Assembly (NCBI GenBank): GCA_964057225.1
Contig: OZ059897.1
Coordinates: forward strand, 10,602,001-10,666,000
Direction: 5' to 3'
Source of the DNA: Auanema rhodensis
Lineage: Eukaryota > Animalia > Nematoda
DNA: 64,000 nt
The notes under the pieces are model-generated. The model saw only the letters and a list, made by a program, of their open reading frames with translations. It did no database searches and was not told the DNA's origin. A program made the translations under genes and the position numbers. Shown here piece by piece: positions 1 to 11,686 of this stretch (position 1 is the first letter of the stretch; every line of letters begins with the position of its first letter).

Positions 1-326
1 GTAATATAGTGGTTAGTACTCTACGTTGTGGCCGTGGCGACACAGATTCGATTCCTGTCTTGGACATTTTTTGTTTTGAAATTAAAATGCTACAAAATTA
101 TTGCTTGCTTGTCATGTTAGATTTCTTTAATTTGAATACTTATTTAAGTTATAACAATTTTCGATTTAATCACGTTCAATCAACTGTATTGTTTTCAAAA
201 ATGAAGACAAAATTCAATTTCTGTTCATTGAATTAGAATTTTCATGTTGTCACACAGAAATTGAAGAATCTTAGTTTAATTCAGTAACAATGAACACACT
301 AACTTTGTTAAGTTGTTGTTATATCG

Positions 327-398
327 GCCCAAGTAATATAGTGGTTAGTACTCCACGTTGTGGCCGTGGCGACACAGATTCGATTCCTGTCTTGGATA
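327..398 (+). pseudogene. tRNA-His(GUG) degenerate allele G10A+G53A+G71A+C72T (class representative; also 5639, 8295, 10951, 13607 ...)
   Basis: Reads GTAATAT, AGATTCG and CTTGGAT: D, T and acceptor stems each mismatched. Confidence 0.75.
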
Positions 399-658
399 TT
401 TTTTGTTTTGAAATTTAAATGCTATAAAATTATTGCTTGCTTGTCATGTTAGATTTCTTTAATTTGAATACTTATTCAAGTTATAACAATTTACGATTTA
501 ATCACGTTCAATTAACTGTATTGTTTTCAAAAATAAAGACAAAATTCAATTTCTGTTCATTGAATTAGAATTATCATGTTGTCACACAGAAATTGAAGAA
601 TCTTAGTTCATTTCAGTAACAATGAACACACTAACTTTGTTAAGTTGTTGTAATATCG

Positions 659-730
659 GCCCAAGTAATATAGTGGTTAGTACTCCACGTTGTGGCCGTG
701 GCGACACAGATTCGATTCCTGTCTTGGGCA
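659..730 (+). pseudogene. tRNA-His(GUG) degenerate allele G10A+G53A only (class representative; also 1323, 8627, 9291, 11283 ...)
   Basis: A at 668 and 710 give A10.C25 and A53.C61 mismatches; B box reads GATTCGATTCC. Confidence 0.65.
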
Positions 731-990
731 TTTTTTGTTTTGAAATTAAAATGCTACAAAATTATTGCTTGCTTGTCATGTTAGATTTCTTTAATTTGAA
801 TACTTATTTAAGTTATAACAATTTTCGATTTAATCACGTTCAATCAACTGTATTGTTTTCAAAAATAAAGACAAAATTCAATTTCTGTTCATTGAATTAG
901 AATTTTCATGTTGTCACACAGAAATTGAAGAATCTTAGTTCAATTCAGTAACAATGAACACACTAACTTTGTTAAGTTGTTGTAATATTG

Positions 991-1062
991 GCCCAAGTAG
1001 TATAGTGGTTAGTACTCCACGTTGTGGCCGTGGCGACACAGGTTCGATTCCTGTCTTGGGCA
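991..1062 (+). tRNA. tRNA-His(GUG), canonical allele (reference copy)
   Basis: Full cloverleaf: acceptor GCCCAAG/CTTGGGC, D stem GTAT/GTAC, anticodon stem CCACG/CGTGG with loop TT-GTG-GC, 4-nt variable loop CGAC, T stem ACAGG/CCTGT with loop TTCGATT, discriminator A73. A box TAGTATAGTGG, B box GGTTCGATTCC, followed by T6. Confidence 0.96.
998..1051 (+). promoter_or_regulatory. Intragenic type-2 Pol III promoter (A box 998-1009, B box 1041-1051), reference copy
   Basis: TAGTATAGTGGT fits the A-box pattern and GGTTCGATTCC fits the B-box consensus GGTTCGANTCC. Confidence 0.88.
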
Positions 1063-1068
1063 TTTTTT
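1063..1068 (+). terminator. RNA Pol III terminator (T6), present in essentially every monomer
   Basis: TTTTTT directly after A73, followed by GTTTT. Interrupted only once that I saw (TATTTT at 52854-52859). Confidence 0.9.
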
Positions 1069-1654
1069 GTTTTGAAATTAAAATGCTATAAAATTATTGC
1101 TTGCTTGTCTTGTTAGATTTCTTTAATTTGAATACTTATTCAAGTTATAACAATTTTCGATTTAATCACGTTCAATCAACTGTATTGTTTTCAAAAATAA
1201 AGACAAAATTCAATTTCTGTTCATTGAATTAGAATTTTCATGTTGTCACACAGAAATTGAAGAATCTTAGTTCAATTCAGTAACAATGAACACACTAACT
1301 TTGTTAAGTTGTTGTAATATCGGCCCAAGTAATATAGTGGTTAGTACTCCACGTTGTGGCCGTGGCGACACAGATTCGATTCCTGTCTTGGGCATTTTTT
1401 GTTTTGAAATTAAAATGCTACAAAATTATTGCTTGCTTGTCATGTTAGATTTCTTTAATTTGAATACTTATTTAAGTTATAACAATTTTCGATTTAATCA
1501 CGTTCAATCAACTGTATTGTTTTCAAAAATAAAGACAAAATTCAATTTCTGTTCATTGAATTAGAATTTTCATGTTGTCACACAGAAATTGAAGAATCTT
1601 AGTTCATTTCAGTAACAATGAACACACTAACTTTGTTAAGTTGTTGTAATATTG

Positions 1655-1726
1655 GCCCAAGTAGTATAGTGGTTAGTACTCCACGTTGTGGCCGTGGCGA
1701 CACAGGTTCGATTCCTGTCTTGGGCA
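1655..1726 (+). tRNA. tRNA-His(GUG), canonical allele
   Basis: Gene body identical to 991-1062. Confidence 0.93.
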
Positions 1727-1986
1727 TTTTTTGTTTTGAAATTAAAATGCTATAAAATTATTGCTTGCTTGTCTTGTTAGATTTCTTTAATTTGAATACT
1801 TATTCAAGTTATAACAATTTTCGATTTAATCACGTTCAATCAACTGTATTGTTTTCAAAAATAAAGACAAAATTCAATTTCTGTTCATTGAATTAGAATT
1901 TTCATGTTGTCACACAGAAATTGAAGAATCTTAGTTTAATTCAGTAACAATGAACACACTAACTTTGTTAAGTTGTTGTAATATCG

Positions 1987-2058
1987 GCCCAAGTAATATA
2001 GTGGTTAGTACTCCACGTTGTGGCCGTGGCGACACAGATTCGATTCCTGTCTTGGACA
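1987..2058 (+). pseudogene. tRNA-His(GUG) degenerate allele G10A+G53A+G71A (class representative; also 2651, 3647, 9955 ...)
   Basis: Acceptor 3' strand CTTGGAC gives a C2.A71 mismatch. Confidence 0.75.
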
Positions 2059-2318
2059 TTTTTTGTTTTGAAATTAAAATGCTATAAACATATTGCTTGC
2101 TTGTCATGTTAGATTTCTTTAATTCAAATACATATTTAAGTTCTAACAATTTTTGATTTAATCACGTTCAATTGACTGTATTGTTTTCAAAAATAAAGAC
2201 AAAATTCAATTTCTGTTCATTGAATTAGAGTTTTCATGTTGTCACACAGAAATTGAAGAATCTTAGTTCATTTCAGTAACAATGAACACAATAACTTTGT
2301 TTAGTTGTTGTAATATCG

Positions 2319-2390
2319 GCCCAAGTAGTATAGTGGTTAGTACTCCACGTTGTGGCCGTGGCGACACAGGTTCGATTCCTGTCTTGGGCA
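2319..2390 (+). tRNA. tRNA-His(GUG), canonical allele
   Basis: Gene body identical to 991-1062. Confidence 0.93.
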
Positions 2391-3978
2391 TTTTTTGTTT
2401 TGAAATTTAAATGATATAAAATTATTGCTTGCTTGTCATGTTAGATTTCTTTAATTTGAATACTTATTCAAGTTATAACAATTTTCGATTTAATCACGTT
2501 CAATCAACTGTATTGTTTTCAAAAATGAAGACAAAATTCAATTTCTGTTCATTGAATTAGAATTTTCATGTTGTCACACAGAAATTGAAGAATCTTAGTT
2601 CAATTCAGTAACAATAAACACACTAACTTTGTTAAGTTGTTGTAATATCGGCCCAAGTAATATAGTGGTTAGTACTCCACGTTGTGGCCGTGGCGACACA
2701 GATTCGATTCCTGTCTTGGACATTTTTTGTTTTGAAATTAAAATGCTACAAAATTATTGCTTGCTTGTCATGTAAGATTTCTTTAATATGAATACTTATT
2801 TAAGTTATAACAATTTTCGATTTAATCACGTTCAATCAACTGTATTGTTTTTAAAAATAAAGACAAAATTCAATTTCTGTTCATTGAATTAGAATTTTCA
2901 TGTTGTCACACAGAAATTGAAGAATCTTAGTTCAATTCAGTAACAATGAACACACTAACTTTGTTAAGTTGTTTTAATATCGGCTCAAGTAATATAGTGG
3001 TTAGTACTCCACGTTGTGGCCGCGGTGACACAGATTCGATTCCTGTCTTGGGCATTTTTTGTTTTGAAATTAAAATGCTATAAAATTAGTGCTTGCTTGT
3101 CTTGTTAGATTTCTTTAATTTGAATACTTATTCAAGTTATAACAATTTTCGATTTAATCACGTTCAATCAACTGTATTGTTTTCAAAAATAAAGACAAAA
3201 TTCAATTTCTGTTCATTGAATTAGAATTTTCATGTTGTCACACAGAAATTGAAGAATCTTAGTTCAATTCAGTAACAATGAACACACTAACTTTGTTAAG
3301 TTGTTTTAATATCGGCTCAAGTAATATAGTGGTTAGTACTCCACGTTGTGGCCGTGGCGACACAGGTTCGATTCCTGTCTTGGGCATTTTTTGTTTTGAA
3401 ATTTAAATGCTATAAAATTATTGCTTGCTTGTCATGTTAGATTTCTTTAATTTGAATACTTATTCAAGTTATAACAATTTTCGATTTAATCACGTTCAAT
3501 CAACTGTATTGTTTTCAAAAATGAAGACAAAATTCAATTTCTGTTCATTGAATTAGAATTTTCATGTTGTCACACAGAAATTGAAGAATCTTAGTTCAAT
3601 TCAGTAACAATAAACACACTAACTTTGTTAAGTTGTTGTAATATCGGCCCAAGTAATATAGTGGTTAGTACTCCACGTTGTGGCCGTGGCGACACAGATT
3701 CGATTCCTGTCTTGGACATTTTTTGTTTTGAAATTAAAATGCTACAAAATTATTGCTTGCTTGTCATGTAAGATTTCTTTAATATGAATACTTATTTAAG
3801 TTATAACAATTTTCGATTTAATCACGTTCAATCAACTGTATTGTTTTCAAAAATAAAGACAAAATTCAATTTCTGTTCATTGAATTAGAATTTTCATGTT
3901 GTCACACAGAAATTGAAGAATCTTAGTTCAATTCAGTAACAATGAACACACTAACTTTGTTAAGTTGTTTTAATATCG

Positions 3979-4050
3979 GCTCAAGTAATATAGTGGTTAG
4001 TACTCCACGTTGTGGCCGCGGTGACACAGATTCGATTCCTGTTTTGGGCA
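3979..4050 (+). pseudogene. tRNA-His(GUG) degenerate allele C3T+G10A+T41C+C44T+G53A+C66T (class representative; also 6635, 12943, 16595 ...)
   Basis: Reads GCTCAAG ... CCGCGGTGAC ... CCTGTTTTGGGC. Confidence 0.8.
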
Positions 4051-4310
4051 TTTTTTGTTTTGAAATTTAAATGCTATAAAATTATTGCTTGCTTGTCATG
4101 TTAGATTTCTTTAATTTGAATACTTATTCAAGTTATAACAATTTTCGATTTAATCACGTTCAATCAACTGTATTGTTTTCAAAAATAAAGACAAAATTCA
4201 ATTTCTGTTCATTGAATTAGAATTTTCATGTTGTCACACAGAAATTGAAGAATCTTAGTTCAATTCAGTAACAATGAACACACTAACTTTGTTAAGTTGT
4301 TGTAATATCG

Positions 4311-4382
4311 GCCCAAGTAATATAGTGGTTAGTACTCTACGTTGTGGCCGTGGCGACACAGATTCGATTCCTGTCTTGGACA
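4311..4382 (+). pseudogene. tRNA-His(GUG) degenerate allele G10A+C28T+G53A+G71A (class representative; also 5307, 6967, 7963, 13275 ...)
   Basis: Reads CTCTACG, AGATTCG, CTTGGAC. Confidence 0.78.
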
Positions 4383-7300
4383 TTTTTTGTTTTGAAATTA
4401 AAATGCTACAAAATTATTGCTTGCTTGTCATGTTTGATTTCTTTAATTTGAATACTTATTTAAGTTATAACAATTTTCGATTTAATCACGTTGAATCAAC
4501 TGTATTGTTTTCAAAAATAAAGACAAAATTCAATTTCTGTTCATTGAATTAGAATTTTCATGTTGTCACACAGAAATTGAAGAATCTTAGTTCAATTCAG
4601 TAACAATAAACACACTAACTTTGTTAAGTTGTTGTAATATCGGCCCAAGTAATATAGTGGTTAGTACTCCACGTTGTGGCCGTGGCGACACAGATTCGAT
4701 TCCTGTCTTGGACATTTTTTGTTTTGAAATTAAAATGCTACAAAATTATTGCTTGCTTGTCATGTAAGATTTCTTTAATATGAATACTTATTTAAGTTAT
4801 AACAATTTTCGATTTAATCACGTTCAATCAACTGTATTGTTTTCAAAAATAAAGACAAAATTCAATTTCTGTTCATTGAATTAGAATTTTCATGTTGTCA
4901 CACAGAAATTGAAGAATCTTAGTTCAATTCAGTAACAATGAACACACTAACTTTGTTAAGTTGTTTTAATATCGGCTCAAGTAATATAGTGGTTAGTACT
5001 CCACGTTGTGGCCGTGGTGACACAGATTCGATTCCTGTTTTGGGCATTTTTTGTTTTGAAATTTAAATGCTATAAAATTATTGCTTGCTTGTCATGTTAG
5101 ATTTCTTTAATTTGAATACTTATTCAAGTTATAACAATTTTCGATTTAATCACGTTCAATCAACTGTATTGTTTTCAAAAATAAAGACAAAATTCAATTT
5201 CTGTTCATTGAATTAGAATTTTCATGTTGTCACACAGAAATTGAAGAATCTTAGTTCAATTCAGTAACAATGAACACACTAACTTTGTTAAGTTGTTGTA
5301 ATATCGGCCCAAGTAATATAGTGGTTAGTACTCTACGTTGTGGCCGTGGCGACACAGATTCGATTCCTGTCTTGGACATTTTTTGTTTTGAAATTAAAAT
5401 GCTACAAAATTATTGCTTGCTTGTCATGTTAGATTTCTTTAATTTGAATACTTATTTAAGTTATAACAATTTTCGATTTAATCACGTTCAATCAACTGTA
5501 TTGTTTTCAAAAATGAAGACAAAATTCAATTTCTGTTCATTGAATTAGAATTTTCATGTTGTCACACAGAAATTGAAGAATCTTAGTTTAATTCAGTAAC
5601 AATGAACACACTAACTTTGTTAAGTTGTTGTTATATCGGCCCAAGTAATATAGTGGTTAGTACTCCACGTTGTGGCCGTGGCGACACAGATTCGATTCCT
5701 GTCTTGGATATTTTTTGTTTTGAAATTTAAATGCTATAAAATTATTGCTTGTTTGTCTTGTTAGATTTCTTTAATTTGAATACTTATTCAAGTTATAACA
5801 ATTTTCAATTTAATCACGTTCAATCAACTGTATTGTTTTCAAAAATAAAGACAAAATTCAATTTCTGTTCATTGAATTAGAATTTTCATGTTGTCACACA
5901 GAAATTGAAGAATCTTAGTTCAATTCAGTAACAATGAACACACTAACTTTGTTAAGTTGTTTTAATATCGGCTCAAGTAATATAGTGGTTAGTACTCCAC
6001 GTTGTGGCCGTGGCGACACAGGTTCGATTCCTGTCTTGGGCATTTTTTGTTTTGAAATTTAAATGCTATAAAATTATTGCTTGCTTGTCATGTTAGATTT
6101 CTTTAATTTGAATACTTATTCAAGTTATAACAATTTTCGATTTAATCACGTTCAATCAACTGTATTGTTTTCAAAAATGAAGACAAAATTCAATTTCTGT
6201 TCATTGAATTAGAATTTTCATGTTGTCACACAGAAATTGAAGAATCTTAGTTCAATTCAGTAACAATAAACACACTAACTTTGTTAAGTTGTTGTAATAT
6301 CGGCCCAAGTAATATAGTGGTTAGTACTCCACGTTGTGGCCGTGGCGACACAGATTCGATTCCTGTCTTGGACATTTTTTGTTTTGAAATTAAAATGCTA
6401 CAAAATTATTGCTTGCTTGTCATGTAAGATTTCTTTAATATGAATACTTATTTAAGTTATAACAATTTTCGATTTAATCACGTTCAATCAACTGTATTGT
6501 TTTCAAAAATAAAGACAAAATTCAATTTCTGTTCATTGAATTAGAATTTTCATGTTGTCACACAGAAATTGAAGAATCTTAGTTCAATTCAGTAACAATG
6601 AACACACTAACTTTGTTAAGTTGTTTTAATATCGGCTCAAGTAATATAGTGGTTAGTACTCCACGTTGTGGCCGCGGTGACACAGATTCGATTCCTGTTT
6701 TGGGCATTTTTTGTTTTGAAATTTAAATGCTATAAAATTATTGCTTGCTTGTCATGTTAGATTTCTTTAATTTGAATACTTATTCAAGTTATAACAATTT
6801 TCGATTTAATCACGTTCAATCAACTGTATTGTTTTCAAAAATAAAGACAAAATTCAATTTCTGTTCATTGAATTAGAATTTTCATGTTGTCACACAGAAA
6901 TTGAAGAATCTTAGTTCAATTCAGTAACAATGAACACACTAACTTTGTTAAGTTGTTGTAATATCGGCCCAAGTAATATAGTGGTTAGTACTCTACGTTG
7001 TGGCCGTGGCGACACAGATTCGATTCCTGTCTTGGACATTTTTTGTTTTGAAATTAAAATGCTACAAAATTATTGCTTGCTTGTCATGTTTGATTTCTTT
7101 AATTTGAATACTTATTTAAGTTATAACAATTTTCGATTTAATCACGTTGAATCAACTGTATTGTTTTCAAAAATAAAGACAAAATTCAATTTCTGTTCAT
7201 TGAATTAGAATTTTCATGTTGTCACACAGAAATTGAAGAATCTTAGTTCAATTCAGTAACAATAAACACACTAACTTTGTTAAGTTGTTGTAATATCGGC

Positions 7301-8958
7301 CCAAGTAATATAGTGGTTAGTACTCCACGTTGTGGCCGTGGCGACACAGATTCGATTCCTGTCTTGGACATTTTTTGTTTTGAAATTAAAATGCTACAAA
7401 ATTATTGCTTGCTTGTCATGTAAGATTTCTTTAATATGAATACTTATTTAAGTTATAACAATTTTCGATTTAATCACGTTCAATCAACTGTATTGTTTTC
7501 AAAAATAAAGACAAAATTCAATTTCTGTTCATTGAATTAGAATTTTCATGTTGTCACACAGAAATTGAAGAATCTTAGTTCAATTCAGTAACAATGAACA
7601 CACTAACTTTGTTAAGTTGTTTTAATATCGGCTCAAGTAATATAGTGGTTAGTACTCCACGTTGTGGCCGTGGTGACACAGATTCGATTCCTGTTTTGGG
7701 CATTTTTTGTTTTGAAATTTAAATGCTATAAAATTATTGCTTGCTTGTCATGTTAGATTTCTTTAATTTGAATACTTATTCAAGTTATAACAATTTTCGA
7801 TTTAATCACGTTCAATCAACTGTATTGTTTTCAAAAATAAAGACAAAATTCAATTTCTGTTCATTGAATTAGAATTTTCATGTTGTCACACAGAAATTGA
7901 AGAATCTTAGTTCAATTCAGTAACAATGAACACACTAACTTTGTTAAGTTGTTGTAATATCGGCCCAAGTAATATAGTGGTTAGTACTCTACGTTGTGGC
8001 CGTGGCGACACAGATTCGATTCCTGTCTTGGACATTTTTTGTTTTGAAATTAAAATGCTACAAAATTATTGCTTGCTTGTCATGTTAGATTTCTTTAATT
8101 TGAATACTTATTTAAGTTATAACAATTTTCGATTTAATCACGTTCAATCAACTGTATTGTTTTCAAAAATGAAGACAAAATTCAATTTCTGTTCATTGAA
8201 TTAGAATTTTCATGTTGTCACACAGAAATTGAAGAATCTTAGTTTAATTCAGTAACAATGAACACACTAACTTTGTTAAGTTGTTGTTATATCGGCCCAA
8301 GTAATATAGTGGTTAGTACTCCACGTTGTGGCCGTGGCGACACAGATTCGATTCCTGTCTTGGATATTTTTTGTTTTGAAATTTAAATGCTATAAAATTA
8401 TTGCTTGTTTGTCATGTTAGATTTCTTTAATTTGAATACTTATTTAAGTTATAACAATTTACGATTTAATCACGTTCAATTAACTGTATTGTTTTCAAAA
8501 ATAAAGACAAAATTCAATTTCTGTTCATTGAATTAGAATTATCATGTTGTCACACAGAAATTGAAGAATCTTAGTTCATTTCAGTAACAATGAACACACT
8601 AACTTTGTTAAGTTGTTGTAATATCGGCCCAAGTAATATAGTGGTTAGTACTCCACGTTGTGGCCGTGGCGACACAGATTCGATTCCTGTCTTGGGCATT
8701 TTTTGTTTTGAAATTAAAATGCTACAAAATTATTGCTTGCTTGTCATGTTAGATTTCTTTAATTTGAATACTTATTTAAGTTATAACAATTTTCGATTTA
8801 ATCACGTTCAATCAACTGTATTGTTTTCAAAAATAAAGACAAAATTCAATTTCTGTTCATTGAATTAGAATTTTCATGTTGTCACACAGAAATTGAAGAA
8901 TCTTAGTTCAATTCAGTAACAATGAACACACTAACTTTGTTAAGTTGTTGTAATATTG

Positions 8959-9030
8959 GCCCAAGTAGTATAGTGGTTAGTACTCCACGTTGTGGCCGTG
9001 GCGACACAGGTTCGATTCCTGTCTTGGGCA
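8959..9030 (+). tRNA. tRNA-His(GUG), canonical allele
   Basis: Gene body identical to 991-1062. Confidence 0.93.
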
Positions 9031-9622
9031 TTTTTTGTTTTGAAATTAAAATGCTATAAAATTATTGCTTGCTTGTCTTGTTAGATTTCTTTAATTTGAA
9101 TACTTATTCAAGTTATAACAATTTTCGATTTAATCACGTTCAATCAACTGTATTGTTTTCAAAAATAAAGACAAAATTCAATTTCTGTTCATTGAATTAG
9201 AATTTTCATGTTGTCACACAGAAATTGAAGAATCTTAGTTCAATTCAGTAACAATGAACACACTAACTTTGTTAAGTTGTTGTAATATCGGCCCAAGTAA
9301 TATAGTGGTTAGTACTCCACGTTGTGGCCGTGGCGACACAGATTCGATTCCTGTCTTGGGCATTTTTTGTTTTGAAATTAAAATGCTACAAAATTATTGC
9401 TTGCTTGTCATGTTAGATTTCTTTAATTTGAATACTTATTTAAGTTATAACAATTTTCGATTTAATCACGTTCAATCAACTGTATTGTTTTCAAAAATAA
9501 AGACAAAATTCAATTTCTGTTCATTGAATTAGAATTTTCATGTTGTCACACAGAAATTGAAGAATCTTAGTTCATTTCAGTAACAATGAACACACTAACT
9601 TTGTTAAGTTGTTGTAATATTG

Positions 9623-9694
9623 GCCCAAGTAGTATAGTGGTTAGTACTCCACGTTGTGGCCGTGGCGACACAGGTTCGATTCCTGTCTTGGGCA
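9623..9694 (+). tRNA. tRNA-His(GUG), canonical allele
   Basis: Gene body identical to 991-1062. Confidence 0.93.
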
Positions 9695-10286
9695 TTTTTT
9701 GTTTTGAAATTAAAATGCTATAAAATTATTGCTTGCTTGTCTTGTTAGATTTCTTTAATTTGAATACTTATTCAAGTTATAACAATTTTCGATTTAATCA
9801 CGTTCAATCAACTGTATTGTTTTCAAAAATAAAGACAAAATTCAATTTCTGTTCATTGAATTAGAATTTTCATGTTGTCACACAGAAATTGAAGAATCTT
9901 AGTTTAATTCAGTAACAATGAACACACTAACTTTGTTAAGTTGTTGTAATATCGGCCCAAGTAATATAGTGGTTAGTACTCCACGTTGTGGCCGTGGCGA
10001 CACAGATTCGATTCCTGTCTTGGACATTTTTTGTTTTGAAATTAAAATGCTATAAACATATTGCTTGCTTGTCATGTTAGATTTCTTTAATTCAAATACA
10101 TATTTAAGTTCTAACAATTTTTGATTTAATCACGTTCAATTGACTGTATTGTTTTCAAAAATAAAGACAAAATTCAATTTCTGTTCATTGAATTAGAATT
10201 TTCATGTTGTCACACAGAAATTGAAGAATCTTAGTTCATTTCAGTAACAATGAACACAATAACTTTGTTTAGTTGTTGTAATATCG

Positions 10287-10358
10287 GCCCAAGTAGTATA
10301 GTGGTTAGTACTCCACGTTGTGGCCGTGGCGACACAGGTTCGATTCCTGTCTTGGGCA
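10287..10358 (+). tRNA. tRNA-His(GUG), canonical allele
   Basis: Gene body identical to 991-1062. Confidence 0.93.
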
Positions 10359-11614
10359 TTTTTTGTTTTGAAATTTAAATGCTATAAAATTATTGCTTGC
10401 TTGTCATGTTAGATTTCTTTAATTTGAATACTTATTCAAGTTATAACAATTTTCGATTTAATCACGTTCAATCAACTGTATTGTTTTCAAAAATAAAGAC
10501 AAAATTCAATTTCTGTTCATTGAATTAGAATTTTCATGTTGTCACACAGAAATTGAAGAATCTTAGTTCAATTCAGTAACAATAAACACACTAACTTTGT
10601 TAAGTTGTTGTAATATCGGCCCAAGTAATATAGTGGTTAGTACTCCACGTTGTGGCCGTGGCGACACAGATTCGATTCCTGTCTTGGACATTTTTTGTTT
10701 TGAAATTAAAATGCTACAAAATTATTGCTTGCTTGTCATGTTAGATTTCTTTAATATGAATACTTATTTAAGTTATAACAATTTTCGATTTAATCACGTT
10801 CAATCAACTGTATTGTTTTCAAAAATGAAGACAAAATTCAATTTCTGTTCATTGAATTAGAATTATCATGTTGTCACACAGAAATTGAAGAATCTTAGTT
10901 TAATTCAGTAACAATGAACACACTAACTTTGTTAAGTTGTTGTTATATCGGCCCAAGTAATATAGTGGTTAGTACTCCACGTTGTGGCCGTGGCGACACA
11001 GATTCGATTCCTGTCTTGGATATTTTTTGTTTTGAAATTTAAATGCTATAAAATTATTGCTTGCTTGTCTTGTTAGATTTCTTTAATTTGAATACTTATT
11101 TAAGTTATAACAATTTTCGATTTAATCACGTTCAATCAACTGTATTGTTTTCAAAAATAAAGACAAAATTCAATTTCTGTTCATTGAATTAGAATTTTCA
11201 TGTTGTCACACAGAAATTGAAGAATCTTAGTTCAATTCAGTAACAATGAACACACTAACTTTGTTAAGTTGTTGTAATATCGGCCCAAGTAATATAGTGG
11301 TTAGTACTCCACGTTGTGGCCGTGGCGACACAGATTCGATTCCTGTCTTGGGCATTTTTTGTTTTGAAATTAAAATGCTACAAAATTATTGCTTGCTTGT
11401 CATGTTAGATTTCTTTAATTTGAATACTTATTTAAGTTATAACAATTTTCGATTTAATCACGTTCAATCAACTGTATTGTTTTCAAAAATAAAGACAAAA
11501 TTCAATTTCTGTTCATTGAATTAGAATTTTCATGTTGTCACACAGAAATTGAAGAATCTTAGTTCATTTCAGTAACAATGAACACACTAACTTTGTTAAG
11601 TTGTTGTAATATTG

Positions 11615-11686
11615 GCCCAAGTAGTATAGTGGTTAGTACTCCACGTTGTGGCCGTGGCGACACAGGTTCGATTCCTGTCTTGGGCA
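11615..11686 (+). tRNA. tRNA-His(GUG), canonical allele
   Basis: Gene body identical to 991-1062. Confidence 0.93.

Larger units (their letters stand above)
3315..8626 (+). repeat. 8-mer higher-order repeat (2656 bp) x2
   Basis: Variant order in 3315-5970 recurs in 5971-8626; ORF hits 4274/6930 and 5270/7926 are 2656 apart. Confidence 0.9.

Noticed and set aside
611-624. TTTCAG just upstream of the ORF ATG as a splice or trans-splice acceptor
   Set aside because: A short motif that is polymorphic (ATTCAG in many units) and not correlated with the ORF being open.
327-658. Monomer as an internal dimer of two 166-bp halves, or a second RNA gene (5S, SL, snRNA) in the spacer
   Set aside because: I saw no similarity between the halves and no recognisable 5S, spliced-leader or snRNA sequence on either strand. 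An Rfam cmscan of the consensus would settle this.
659-730. A.C mismatches (10:25, 53:61, 2:71) repaired by RNA editing
   Set aside because: Any G>A transition in a G:C pair gives A.C. The promoter lesion acts at DNA level, intact copies are plentiful, and nothing in the sequence supports editing.
622-900. Recurrent 92-aa + strand ORF (MNTLTLLSCCNIGPS...) and its 64-87-aa variants
   Set aside because: It reads through the tRNA gene and is closed by single-base stops (CAA>TAA, TTA>TAA) in most monomers. It is open almost only in defective-tRNA units and resembles no protein family I know. It is a chance ORF multiplied by the repeat.
1087-1093. TATAAAA in the spacer as a Pol III upstream TATA box
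   Set aside because: It lies ~25 bp downstream of the gene and ~230 bp upstream of the next, not near -30. It is polymorphic (TACAAAA, TATGAAA) and expected by chance in AT-rich DNA.
1931-2149. Recurrent 72-83-aa minus-strand ORF (MLELKYVFELKK...GIESVSPRPQRGVLTTIL)
   Set aside because: Typical antisense translation of a tRNA gene, open in only one spacer class and mostly with non-ATG starts.
2983-3054. C3T allele as an alanine-identity (3:70 wobble) mischarging tRNA
   Set aside because: The pair formed is U3:G70, the reverse of the AlaRS determinant G3:U70, and all these copies also carry A10.
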